Source: Clostridiales bacterium (GTDB lineage: Bacteria > Bacillota > Clostridia > Saccharofermentanales > DTU023). From it: a stretch of DNA of 64,000 bases. The translations under genes and the position numbers were made by a program. The stretch covers positions 36,806-100,805 of the forward strand of contig JAQYCV010000019.1 of the NCBI GenBank assembly GCA_028724525.1, given 5' to 3'. Each line of letters begins with the position of its first letter. Within the stretch, counting starts at the first letter, position 1. Shown here one piece after another: positions 1 to 9,234 of this stretch. The notes beneath the pieces are model-generated. The model saw nothing but the letters and a program-made list of their open reading frames with translations. It was not told where the DNA came from and did no database searches.

Positions 1-507
1 TTGCTTAAAAAGATTTTAGCCAAGAATCCTCAAACACAGGCTATGCTGAGAACGACGGTAGCTTTTACTATGGCCGACTGCGGGCAAGCACCCAATGTCC
101 TGCCTTTAGAGGCTAGCTGTGTAGCCAATGTGCGTATCTTGCAGGGGGATAGCTTGGACACGATCTGCGAATGGTTTAAGAGCCTGGGCCACGATTTTAG
201 CCTTGAAGTTTTAGCGGGTGAGAATCCCACCAAGGCCTCCTCTGTTGATGGCCAGGCCTACCAGCACTTGACTTCAACAATCAGGCAAGTTTTTCCTGAG
301 GCCCTCGCCCTCCCTTACCTCATGACAGGCGGGACAGACTGCCGTCACTATGAAGCGGTATCGGAAGCGAGTTATCGCTTCATGCCTGCCTACCTGACGG
401 GGACAGAACTGAAGCTCATGCATGGCACCGGTGAGTTTCTTTCCTACGACAATCTGGAAAATATGCTTAAGTTCTACGAAAGTTTCCTGCGCCATTTGCC
501 GGCCTAA
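1..507 (+). CDS. M20/M25/M40 family metallopeptidase, C-terminal part (runs off window edge)
   Basis: PNVLP..A...NVRI dimerisation-domain motif, GGTD, and terminal MHGTGE metal-ligand His typical of M20 peptidases. Confidence 0.85.
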   Translation: MLKKILAKNPQTQAMLRTTVAFTMADCGQAPNVLPLEASCVANVRILQGDSLDTICEWFKSLGHDFSLEVLAGENPTKASSVDGQAYQHLTSTIRQVFPEALALPYLMTGGTDCRHYEAVSEASYRFMPAYLTGTELKLMHGTGEFLSYDNLENMLKFYESFLRHLPA

Positions 508-528
508 AAATACTCTAGGAGGTAACTT

Positions 529-1260
529 ATGGATTTTAATGTTAATCATCCCCTATTCTTTGCCCTGGCTGGATTAGTCATTATTTTTGTCCTGGGACAA
601 TCGATTTTCTTTTTGATCAAGGCCTATCAAGAAGCCAGGCGCCTGGGCCTAGCTAGCAAGGTCCTGCGCAAAGTCATGGCGGGGTCTGCCATCTTCTCTG
701 TCGCCCCCGCCGTTGCGATTTTGCTGGGCCTAGTCACCCTGTCCAAGTTCCTAGGCTTGCCCCTCCCCTGGATGCGGCTGTCTGTATTAGGCGCTCTGAC
801 CTATGAACTGCCAGCCGCGACTTCTGCGGCCAAGGCCATGGACATTCCCCTCAACCAAACCGTCACCGATCCCCAGGTCTATGCCACCATTACTTGGGTC
901 ATGACCCTCGGTATCCTGTCCGGGATTCTGGTTATTCTCTTTTTCCAAAAGAAGATGGAGCAGGGCCTGGATAAGGTCAAAAATAAGGACCAAAAATGGA
1001 GCCAGATTATGATGGATTCGCTCTTTCTAGGCATGATCGCTGCCTTCATGGGTATGGTCTTTTCTGATATCCGGTCCGGGCTTGTAGGTTGGATACCCGT
1101 ATTTGTCATGGCCTTCTCTGCCCTAGTTATGATGGTCATAGGCCTCATGGTCAAAAAGCTCAAATGGACCTGGCTGGAAAACTATGCCATGCCCTTATCT
1201 ATGTTATCTGCTATGGCTTTTGCGATCCCCCTCACTTCCTGGATTACGGGAAATCACTAA
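529..1260 (+). CDS. DUF5058-like multi-pass membrane protein
   Basis: AGGAGG RBS; hydrophobic; LGLPLPWMRLSVLGALTYE motif recalled for DUF5058. Confidence 0.75.
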   Translation: MDFNVNHPLFFALAGLVIIFVLGQSIFFLIKAYQEARRLGLASKVLRKVMAGSAIFSVAPAVAILLGLVTLSKFLGLPLPWMRLSVLGALTYELPAATSAAKAMDIPLNQTVTDPQVYATITWVMTLGILSGILVILFFQKKMEQGLDKVKNKDQKWSQIMMDSLFLGMIAAFMGMVFSDIRSGLVGWIPVFVMAFSALVMMVIGLMVKKLKWTWLENYAMPLSMLSAMAFAIPLTSWITGNH

Positions 1261-1272
1261 AGGAGTTAAGTC

Positions 1273-1947
1273 ATGACTAAATTACAAGCAACACAAAATT
1301 ATCGCGACCGGGTACACGTCTGGGGCAGAGTCTCCCTTGCCCTAGCCTTGATCATGTTTATTTCCTACCCTTTGGTTTTATGTATCCACTTTGATGCTTG
1401 GCCGGGCTGGTGGCCCGTCTTTAAGGGGCTCCTGGGTGTAGCGCCCATTTACTGGACAGTTGGCGTTATCGAGGCCTTGACCTTTGGCCCTATGCTGGGT
1501 TCAGGCGGGGCCTATCTGGGCTTTGTCACCGGTAATCTGACCGCCATGAAGGTACCTGCGGCCATCCGGGCCCAGCAGGTCAGTAAAACAGAAGCCAACA
1601 CACCCGAAGGAGAAGTCATTGCCACCATCGCCATAGCGATCAGTTCCATCGTGACAACGCTCATCCTTCTAATCGGCATGCTCTTACTCACCCAATTACA
1701 ACCTGTTTTGGAGTCTCCCCTACTAGCACCTGCCTTTGACAATATCCTACCGGCTCTTTTCGGAGGACTGGGTGTCGTTTTTATTGCCAAGGCATGGAAA
1801 ATTGCCCTGGCACCCATCGCCATCATGCTTGCGGTCTTCCTGCTCTTCCCCCAGTTGGCTGGGGCTGTAAGCGTCCTGGTGCCGGTGTCTGCCCTCATCA
1901 CTTTAGGGTTTTCACGCATCCTCTATAAAAAAGGCTATTTAGATTAG
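1273..1947 (+). CDS. Multi-pass membrane protein, probable partner of the DUF5058 protein
   Basis: AAGGAG RBS 12 nt after upstream stop; about 6 TM segments; P.LG..G.Y..F.TGN...K.P motif. Confidence 0.7.
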   Translation: MTKLQATQNYRDRVHVWGRVSLALALIMFISYPLVLCIHFDAWPGWWPVFKGLLGVAPIYWTVGVIEALTFGPMLGSGGAYLGFVTGNLTAMKVPAAIRAQQVSKTEANTPEGEVIATIAIAISSIVTTLILLIGMLLLTQLQPVLESPLLAPAFDNILPALFGGLGVVFIAKAWKIALAPIAIMLAVFLLFPQLAGAVSVLVPVSALITLGFSRILYKKGYLD

Positions 1948-1970
1948 GTCTAAAGCTGAAAGACAGCCTC

Positions 1971-2016
1971 AAAAAGGCCAGCTCCTGAAAAAGTCAGGGC
2001 TGGCCTCTTTACTTTT
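1971..2016. terminator. Probable bidirectional intrinsic terminator
   Basis: AGGCCAGCTCCTGA-AAAAG-TCAGGGCTGGCCT hairpin with A-run before and T-rich tail after, between convergent genes. Confidence 0.75.
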
Positions 2017-2051
2017 CTAAAAGATAGAAACTTGACAGATTGTAACAAAAC

Positions 2052-3722
2052 TTAGCTCTTATTATCCCGTAGGTACTGGAGAAGTTTAGGCATTACCTGG
2101 TTTTTGCGTGACACCACTCCTGCTTGAAAGGTATGGGCTTCTCCCGGCTTGTTGGGAAAAATCATTTCAATGATATGTTTGCCGGGTCCCCCCGCGTAAA
2201 AAATGGAACCCGAGTCCCGGGCAGAGGTAAACATCATGGCCCAGAGATAAGCACCTTCCTTGGCGGCCTCCTCTTCCAATTTTTCCTCCATATGCCCAGT
2301 AATAGAGTTGGCCTCGTTCAAGCGGTACATGGTGTGCTGGGAAATCAGGACCTTGGTCTCACCGACCTGATACTCCTTGATATCGTTGCGGATGAGTTTG
2401 TCCAGGTCTTCTAAAAGTTTTTGCGAAGAAGCAGCAAAAATATCCCCGGCGAGTTCTGCGGGATCTAGGCTCGTAAACTCTGCCCAGTGCTTGGCCAGGC
2501 GGACATCTTGGGCCGTCGTCGTGGGCGATTTAAAGTTCAAGGTATCGGCAATGATAGCAGCCAGCAAAAGCCCCGCGATATCCTGGTCCGGCTCAATACC
2601 CTGTTCCAGGAACATTTCGCTGATAATCGTAGCAGTAGCCCCGACAGGCTCATTGCGGACATAAATAGGATTGTCTGATGTAAGATCGCCCAGGCGGTGG
2701 TGGTCAATAATTTCAACGATTTCTCCCCGGTCGATATGGGGAACAGACTGCTGGGAATCATTGTGGTCTACCAAGATAAAACGGCGGCGAGGAGCATTGA
2801 GGACCCGATAGCGGGAGGTCAGACCCAGGACCCGGTTTTCTTCATCCACGACCGGATAGGCCCGGTGCCGGCTCTGCAGCATTTTGGCCCGGACATCATC
2901 GACAAATTCCGCATTATTAAAGGCAACCATATCCTTTTCCATGACGGCAGAAACTGGAATGGCATAGTAAATAAAGCGTGATGTATTCATAGCCCCATGG
3001 CCGGAGAGAATCAAGGCGCAATGCTTGTCTCTCGCCTCTTGCATCACCATGGGAGCAATTTCCTTGGTCCAGACTAAGACCAGGGCAGCCGCGCCCTTGC
3101 GAATGGCTTCGAGCTGGGCATTGGTATCATTGCCCAGGATCACAATCCGGTCTGCCAGGTCATAAAACTTCAGATTATTGGCAGAAAGGGCAATGATGGA
3201 TACCTTGCCGTTATGGTTAGTTTTCTCTGGGGCATAAATGAGCTTGCCGTCAATCGCCTTGACAATATTTTCTATCGGGGTATCCCCCAAGAGATCAATT
3301 GTTCTGTCTGTATCTAGGAGCAGGACCTTGCTCAAGGAGGAGTTCGTGACCATTCCTAAGAGCCGGCCCTTGGGATCCTGGACGGTAAAGACCTTCTGGT
3401 CACCGTCCGCATACTTCTCTACCACGGTCCGTAAAATGTCGTCCGGACTGACCGCATTGCCATCATCGATCTCTGTTTCATCAATCTGCGACCGCGCATC
3501 CGTGATTAAGAGGGGGTCCGCTTGATTAAAACGTTCAAGGAGATAGGCCGATTCAGGCGTCAGTTCGCCCAAGCGGCAGGGCACAATGTTCGCTCCCTGC
3601 TTATGACGTAGGTGGGCATAAGCAATAGCGGAAACGATGCTGTCTGTATCCGGATGGCGGTGGCCTGTCACATAAGCCACTCCCCCGCCCTTAGCGCCTA
3701 GGAGTAAGTGATCACAAGACAT
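2052..3722 (-). CDS. ppaC: Family II Mn/Co-dependent inorganic pyrophosphatase with CBS and DRTGG insert (CBS-PPase)
   Basis: GHRHPDTDS, LVDHN, IDHHR, DTL and SRKNQV motifs; ~250 aa internal CBS-DRTGG-CBS insert. Confidence 0.9.
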   Translation of the reverse strand: MSCDHLLLGAKGGGVAYVTGHRHPDTDSIVSAIAYAHLRHKQGANIVPCRLGELTPESAYLLERFNQADPLLITDARSQIDETEIDDGNAVSPDDILRTVVEKYADGDQKVFTVQDPKGRLLGMVTNSSLSKVLLLDTDRTIDLLGDTPIENIVKAIDGKLIYAPEKTNHNGKVSIIALSANNLKFYDLADRIVILGNDTNAQLEAIRKGAAALVLVWTKEIAPMVMQEARDKHCALILSGHGAMNTSRFIYYAIPVSAVMEKDMVAFNNAEFVDDVRAKMLQSRHRAYPVVDEENRVLGLTSRYRVLNAPRRRFILVDHNDSQQSVPHIDRGEIVEIIDHHRLGDLTSDNPIYVRNEPVGATATIISEMFLEQGIEPDQDIAGLLLAAIIADTLNFKSPTTTAQDVRLAKHWAEFTSLDPAELAGDIFAASSQKLLEDLDKLIRNDIKEYQVGETKVLISQHTMYRLNEANSITGHMEEKLEEEAAKEGAYLWAMMFTSARDSGSIFYAGGPGKHIIEMIFPNKPGEAHTFQAGVVSRKNQVMPKLLQYLRDNKS

Positions 3723-3811
3723 AGAAAGTCCCTTCTACATTCCGTTATAGGTTATTGATGACTAGATTGTAGCGCAAATCAACGGATCCTTCAGAAGGGC
3801 TAATTGGATAC

Positions 3812-3999
3812 CAGACAAATTTGCAAGTAATGGATGGCTGTTAGCGACTAAACCACCCATTACTTGCAGAATTGCCCTGTCTGCCCTCCCACTAGTTGCA
3901 AACTTGCATAGTGCCCCACCCATTAGTTGCAATAATGCCGGAGAATCCGGAAATCCGAAGTAATATAGACCTCTGGCCGCCCACTACTTACAAATATGT
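3812..3999 (+). repeat. Dispersed ~190 bp repeat, copy A
   Basis: Colinear with 34292-34462 (offset 30480) and with reverse complement of 33086-33256; contains CCCAYTASTTGCA-like motifs at 3856, 3888, 3919, 3980 plus one inverted copy. Confidence 0.9.
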
Positions 4000-4019
4000 A
4001 CGTCCATGGAGACCACCAT

Positions 4020-4045
4020 AGTCAAGTCCTCAATAGTGTGTAAAT
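4020..4045. mobile_element. Isolated IS256-family-like terminal inverted repeat (relic)
   Basis: AGTCAAGTCC-N7-TGTGTAAA resembles the IS256 end as recalled (AGTCAAGTCCAGACTCCTGTGTAAAA); no transposase or partner end seen. Confidence 0.5.
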
Positions 4046-4127
4046 TTGTAATTGCCTTTCTTTAAGTTTTTCTTAGGCTACTTTTGCTAGGCGACACTGT
4101 TGGTGGGCAAGTCCACCAAATTGGGGG

Positions 4128-4274
4128 TTTACCAACCTTTTTGAGCCGGCAAGTGCTTAGAAAAAGTACATAATGGTTGGCAGATCAGCTAAATCAAGGC
4201 TTTGCCAATCTTTTTTGAGTCGGCAAGTGCTTAGAGAAGGCACATAATGGTTGGCAAATCAGCTAAATTAAGGG
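4128..4274. repeat. Tandem duplication of a 73-74 bp unit
   Basis: 4128-4200 and 4201-4274 share TTTTTGAG.CGGCAAGTGCTTAGA.AAG..ACATAATGGTTGGCA.ATCAGCTAAAT.AAGG. Confidence 0.9.
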
Positions 4275-4279
4275 GTGGT

Positions 4280-4320
4280 AAGAAAGAAAGCCCTGGTCAC
4301 TAGTGGCTCAGGGCTTTTCT
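4280..4320 (-). terminator. Intrinsic terminator downstream of tRNA-Ser
   Basis: AAAGCCCTG...CAGGGCTTT hairpin with T-tract on the minus strand. Confidence 0.75.
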
Positions 4321-4328
4321 GATCATTC

Positions 4329-4419
4329 TGGCGGAGAAGGGGGGATTCGAACCCCCGTATCGGTAAACCGATAAACTGATTTCGAGTCAGTCCCGTTACG
4401 GCCACTTCGGTACTTCTCC
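4329..4419 (-). tRNA. tRNA-Ser (anticodon CGA)
   Basis: Reverse complement GGAGAAG...ACTGA-CTCGAAA-TCAGT, long variable arm, GGTTCGAATCC T-arm, CTTCTCC-G-CCA end. Confidence 0.97.
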
Positions 4420-4484
4420 AAAGCAAAATTTGCTACACTTGTTTTGCCCAAAAATTATATAGGACACCATGATTTCCTGCAAGA

Positions 4485-5231
4485 ATGGAGAAGCTTATGG
4501 ACCGTATCAAGATTGCTGTACCGACTTATGTATATGAAACGACCAACTACCTGGGTGAGTCTTCCTATCCTTTGCTGAGAATTAGCCAGGACTATCCCCG
4601 ATCTTTAGCCGCAGCGGGAGCCTCCCCCTTTATGATTGCTCAAAATCTCGACTCCGATTTGCTGGCATACCAGATGAGCCTGATGGATGCCCTAGTCATC
4701 CCAGGGGGAGATGATCTGGACCCCTCCTACTATCACGAAGAACCTAACTACACGGCCGAGTTCAAGCCCTTGAGAGATACCTTTGAATGGCAGCTTCTGG
4801 ATATCGCTGTCCAACAGGGCAAGCCTATCCTGGGTATCTGCCGGGGCTTGCAGATCTTAAATGTCTATTTTGGCGGTAGCCTTTACCAGGATATCAAGGC
4901 ACAAGGCGCCAGTCAGGTCAAGCACTGCCAGGACAATGCAATCCGCTATCCTTGGCACAGCGTGGACATTGTCCCTGCTAGCCATGTCCACCAGGCCTTG
5001 GGCGTGACCGAGACCAGGGTTAACAGCCTCCATCACCAGGCTGTAAAAGACCTGGCACCGGGCTTTGCGATTACCGCCCGGGCCAAGGACGGGGTAGTCG
5101 AGGCCATTGAGAGTACGAGCGGCCCCCTCCGCTGGGGCATCCAATGGCATCCAGAAATGCTGAGCCTCCAATCTCCAGAAGGTCAGGCTATCTTTAACCA
5201 CTTCCTGGACCAGGTCAAAGCTGGTTTATAG
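4485..5231 (+). CDS. Gamma-glutamyl-GABA hydrolase family / peptidase C26 glutamine amidotransferase (start may be 4497)
   Basis: PGGDDLDP, LGICRGLQ nucleophile elbow, VNSLHHQ, GIQWHPE. Confidence 0.92.
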   Translation: MEKLMDRIKIAVPTYVYETTNYLGESSYPLLRISQDYPRSLAAAGASPFMIAQNLDSDLLAYQMSLMDALVIPGGDDLDPSYYHEEPNYTAEFKPLRDTFEWQLLDIAVQQGKPILGICRGLQILNVYFGGSLYQDIKAQGASQVKHCQDNAIRYPWHSVDIVPASHVHQALGVTETRVNSLHHQAVKDLAPGFAITARAKDGVVEAIESTSGPLRWGIQWHPEMLSLQSPEGQAIFNHFLDQVKAGL

Positions 5232-5273
5232 TTTCAAAAAGTTTATGATATGTGAAGAATATCTCGAAATGCC

Positions 5274-5312
5274 AAAAGAGGGTGCCTCCTGTTGAGACAC
5301 CCTCTTTTCTTG
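5274..5312. terminator. Bidirectional intrinsic terminator
   Basis: AAAAGAGGGTG...CACCCTCTTTT between convergent genes. Confidence 0.85.
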
Positions 5313-5344
5313 TGTTGAAGAGTGAGATCCTAATGCGGACCAAA

Positions 5345-6787
5345 CTATTCGTTGGCTGTAGTAGCTTTCTTATTCATCATGGGACGAACTAGGAAAATGA
5401 CCAGGACAAAGCCGATCAGGGAAATAAGGGCAGCCAGCTGGAAGACGGTATTAACGCCCTTCTGGATATTGGCAGGATTGCCGGGATCCGCGGCTGTATT
5501 GAGGTTATAGGCGACACCGAAGGCTGCGGCCGCGACTGTGCCGGACAGGGAGTTAAAGAAATTGACTAAAGAGGTCCCAATCCCCATGTCTTCTGGAGCA
5601 AGGAGGGCTTGGGCCGCCGGGGTAATGGAGACCGAGCGGAAGCCTTCTGCGATACCTGTCAAGCCCAGGCCTACCATGAAAACCAAGACGGAGGTGGCGG
5701 GGGTCGTCATACCTAAGAAGGCGAAGGGAATAGCGACGAAAAGGGTCGCTATAGCCATGGCCTTCCAAAGGTTAGTGACTTTTTTGCCAACCCAGGCCCC
5801 GCAGATGGTAGGTAGAATCATGCAAATAATAGTCCGGGGCAACTGAAGAGATCCCGCTACGGTTGTCGTCCCCTCCATGACCCTCAGGACAGCGATGGGA
5901 GCATAGACATTCATGGCATTCTGATAGAAGTAGCAGATAAAGCCAATGAGCAGGAGGAGAGCATATTGGGAGTTTTTGAAAAGCCTCAGAGGGATGAGGG
6001 GCTCTTTGACCTTGTTTTCCACCACGATCAGGGCAAACAGAGCAATAATGCCAAGTACGAGAGCCAGGATAACCTTGGTGTTACCAAAGCCGACAGAAGA
6101 ACCAAAGTTGAGGGCCAGGAGGATGCCGCAGAGGGCAGCAATCAAGAGGACTATGCCCGCCCAGTCGATGGCAATCTTACCCTCACGCTTGACATTAGGC
6201 AGGTTGAGCCCAATAAGGGCGACACCTGCGAGCAGGGGGATGGCAGGCATAAGGATGGCTGCGGTCATCATACCCCGGTCGGTCAGAAAGCCGGCGATGA
6301 TACTGCCACCAAAACCTCCAACAGAGATAGCAGCGGCCAGCATGCCCATGGCCTTGGGGACATCTTTCCGCTCATTGATTAAGCTGACAATAATATAAGG
6401 AGCGGCAGTAAACATCCCCTGGGCCAAGCTGATGATCAGCCTGAGGGCCATAAGAGGAACAAGCGAATGTACGAAGGGAAAAAGCAGGCCTGCCAGGGCG
6501 CAGACTAAGCCAGGGATAACTACAATATTACGGCGACCAATGATATCGCTGAGTTTACCACCAATCGGAGTCATGGTAGACACACCCAGGGCGGCAAAAA
6601 TGGAAAAGAGGGAAACATAACCACTGGCATTGATCCCCTCCAAGATGGGAGAGGTCAGGGTGGAGAATACGAGGCCGTACATGGCGACAGAAAGCATCAT
6701 GCAAATGCAGCCTATCTGGACAGCAAGCTTTTTACGATCAGGAAGTGGAATCGCTACCTGGGGAAGAGTTTTAGTCGGATCAGCCAT
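5345..6787 (-). CDS. MFS transporter (14-TM, DHA2-like)
   Basis: GKLSDIIGRR motif A; E...KEPLIPLRLFKN; highly hydrophobic 480 aa. Confidence 0.9.
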   Translation of the reverse strand: MADPTKTLPQVAIPLPDRKKLAVQIGCICMMLSVAMYGLVFSTLTSPILEGINASGYVSLFSIFAALGVSTMTPIGGKLSDIIGRRNIVVIPGLVCALAGLLFPFVHSLVPLMALRLIISLAQGMFTAAPYIIVSLINERKDVPKAMGMLAAAISVGGFGGSIIAGFLTDRGMMTAAILMPAIPLLAGVALIGLNLPNVKREGKIAIDWAGIVLLIAALCGILLALNFGSSVGFGNTKVILALVLGIIALFALIVVENKVKEPLIPLRLFKNSQYALLLLIGFICYFYQNAMNVYAPIAVLRVMEGTTTVAGSLQLPRTIICMILPTICGAWVGKKVTNLWKAMAIATLFVAIPFAFLGMTTPATSVLVFMVGLGLTGIAEGFRSVSITPAAQALLAPEDMGIGTSLVNFFNSLSGTVAAAAFGVAYNLNTAADPGNPANIQKGVNTVFQLAALISLIGFVLVIFLVRPMMNKKATTANE

Positions 6788-6860
6788 GAGGAAGATCTCC
6801 TTTCTTATCAGGCGCCTATGGCGCTATAAAATAAAATGGGCGATACAAAGAGATCGCGGA

Positions 6861-8036
6861 TTATTGATTGCTCTTCAGCCAGGCTGCAGCGCAATGGGCA
6901 TAGTAGGCTGATCCAATAGGACATACGGCTTCGTTAAATTGTGCTTTGGGGTTATGGGCCATGTATTGACCACGATCATCCAGATAGCCAGCGGAAAGAT
7001 ACATAAAGACACTGGGAACCTTCTCTGCGATGCAGGCAAAGTCTTCAGAAGCACTGGCCTCTACACCAGGATAGGGCATGGCCTTGGGCACCCCTACTGC
7101 CTGCATATAGCCCAAGATTTCATCTGTGAGGGCTGGATCACAAACCAGGTTGGGGACCTCATACAGCATTTCAACCTCTGCCTGGCCGCCAAAAGTGCTT
7201 GCTACGGCCTGGGAAACCTCTTGCATCCTACGAACTAGGAGTTCTCGGGCCTTGGCATCATTGGTCCGAATAGTACCTTCCAAGACGGCGGTTTCCGGAA
7301 TCAGGTTGGGAGCGGTGCCACCCTCGATTTTTCCAATTGTCATAACGCAAGCTTTGGCTGGATCCGCTTCCCGAGCGATAATCGCTTCCAGGGCTTGGTA
7401 GATATTCACGGCGATATTCAGGGGATCAATAGTCATGTGGGGATAAGCACCATGGCCGCCCCGACCGGTTATTTTAATGCGGAAGCCATCGACACTAAAC
7501 ATCATATTCGTCTTGTTGTTATACATGTAAAGTCCGATGGGCATCTTACCAGGTGATACGTGATAGCCGAGGGCCACATCCACGCAGGGATTCTCCAGAA
7601 TGCCATGCTCAATCATGTCACGGCTACCCTGGAAGGTTTCCTCCCCTGGCTGGAACATGAACTTCACCGTGCCCTCAAGGTCTTGCTCGCTTTCTTTCAG
7701 CATGCGGGCAGCCGTCAGCAGCATGGCGGTGTGGAAATCATGGCCGCAGGTATGAGCCGCCTGGCCCGAGGCACAGGCAAAGGGCTCGCCACTTTCTTCT
7801 GCCATAGGCAGGGCATCCATGTCGGCCCGCAACAAAATACATTTGCCTGGCTTGCCTAGGGTGGCCGTTACACCATGGCCGCATTCTTTGGGGTCTAAGC
7901 CATACTCTTTGAGCTTTTCCATGACGTAGGCCTTGGTCATAGGCAGGTCCAGGCCAACCTCGGCATGCTGGTGGATATGACGGCGATTTGCTATGGTATC
8001 GTCTGCAAGTTCTTGCGCTCTAGCCCAATAATCCAT
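6861..8036 (-). CDS. M20D amidohydrolase (hippurate hydrolase-like)
   Basis: LRADMDALP, HTCGHD, FQPGEE, SEDF, HNPK motifs; AAGGAGG RBS. Confidence 0.93.
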   Translation of the reverse strand: MDYWARAQELADDTIANRRHIHQHAEVGLDLPMTKAYVMEKLKEYGLDPKECGHGVTATLGKPGKCILLRADMDALPMAEESGEPFACASGQAAHTCGHDFHTAMLLTAARMLKESEQDLEGTVKFMFQPGEETFQGSRDMIEHGILENPCVDVALGYHVSPGKMPIGLYMYNNKTNMMFSVDGFRIKITGRGGHGAYPHMTIDPLNIAVNIYQALEAIIAREADPAKACVMTIGKIEGGTAPNLIPETAVLEGTIRTNDAKARELLVRRMQEVSQAVASTFGGQAEVEMLYEVPNLVCDPALTDEILGYMQAVGVPKAMPYPGVEASASEDFACIAEKVPSVFMYLSAGYLDDRGQYMAHNPKAQFNEAVCPIGSAYYAHCAAAWLKSNQ

Positions 8037-8238
8037 CTGTTTCCTCCTTTAATAAACACATCTCTGTATTAAACGAACGATTGGTCGCTTATTCTCTCGC
8101 AATATACAATAAATTGAGTCTATAGACAAGAGGGCCCAGTTGCTTGGGCATGAAAGGCCTATAAGTTGTCGGTCAACAAATGATCCACAAGAAAAATGCA
8201 GATAGGCTAGAATAAGGCTCAGAAAAGGAGCGAAAAAT

Positions 8239-9234
8239 ATGAAGCATAAAATCTTGTTTTTTGTCAGCCCCTTCCTGCGACGATATATGGAAGAGGTTAC
8301 CCAGAAAATCAAGCTCAACTGCTCAATAGAATTTGCGGAATATTGTAACTTCGCAGCCCTGCCTGACCTCTTCTGGGACAGTGTCGACCGAGCAGATGCC
8401 TTTATGGTCTATGGTCAGGTGGCCGGCTACATTGTCAAGCAAGCGGCAGAAAAGTCCGGCAAGAGGGTCCGCATGTTCGATGCGGATATTACAGCTTTTT
8501 ATCGTTTGATGATTGAGTTGTTCCTGAAAAATCATCTCGATCCCCAGCGGGTGATTTTCGATTACCTCCTTCTCCTCCCCCTCGACCCTACTGTCCAGGC
8601 CTATATTGATAACATCAATGAGGACAATCTCATTGCAGATGACCTCCTCTTTGAATGGGAGCAACAATTATCCACTCAGGATTACCAGGGTCTGGAACAT
8701 ATTCTATTAACGAAGATCCAAGAGGCCTGGGAGGCCAAAAACATGGATCTGGTCTTATGCTCTTTCAGCACCCTGGTAGCAGACTTAGAGCGTCTGGGTA
8801 TTGCCTATCGATATGTGATGCCAACGGCTGATCAAATTCATGCCCAGCTAGATGATCTCTGTACCCAGCTGGAAATAGATGATCTTAAGTCTGCAGATGC
8901 TGAAAACTCAGTTGCAGGCTCCCTGGTTCCCAGTATGGGGCAGAATAGAGAGCAAGAGTTTAACCAAAGAGTCACTGCGATTGCCGAAGCCTGCGGTTTC
9001 TCCACAACGACGGTCCAAAAGCTCTTTAATATTGTGGAAACTCAAAATAGCTTGGAATTCACGACTCAGGAGCTGGCAGACTCTATGATCTCTACAGTTC
9101 GTTATGCCCAGAGGATTCTCAGAACTCTGGAAGATAAGGGCTACGCCTCATATGTCTATCCCTTAAATACCTCGGCCCGGGGCAGGCCCCGCAAGGTCTA
9201 CCGCTTGAAGCTTTGGGATGACCTTGAGGGCTAG
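8239..9234 (+). CDS. Putative transcriptional regulator with C-terminal winged HTH, divergent from amidohydrolase-MFS
   Basis: AAAGGAG RBS; C-terminal TTQELADSMISTVRYAQRILRTLEDKG...RGRPRKVY wHTH. Confidence 0.75.
   Translation: MKHKILFFVSPFLRRYMEEVTQKIKLNCSIEFAEYCNFAALPDLFWDSVDRADAFMVYGQVAGYIVKQAAEKSGKRVRMFDADITAFYRLMIELFLKNHLDPQRVIFDYLLLLPLDPTVQAYIDNINEDNLIADDLLFEWEQQLSTQDYQGLEHILLTKIQEAWEAKNMDLVLCSFSTLVADLERLGIAYRYVMPTADQIHAQLDDLCTQLEIDDLKSADAENSVAGSLVPSMGQNREQEFNQRVTAIAEACGFSTTTVQKLFNIVETQNSLEFTTQELADSMISTVRYAQRILRTLEDKGYASYVYPLNTSARGRPRKVYRLKLWDDLEG

Noticed and set aside
3856-3999. Repeat-spacer pattern as a mini CRISPR array
   Set aside because: Repeats are only ~20 bp and degenerate, spacers 11-12 bp, one unit is inverted, and no cas genes are present
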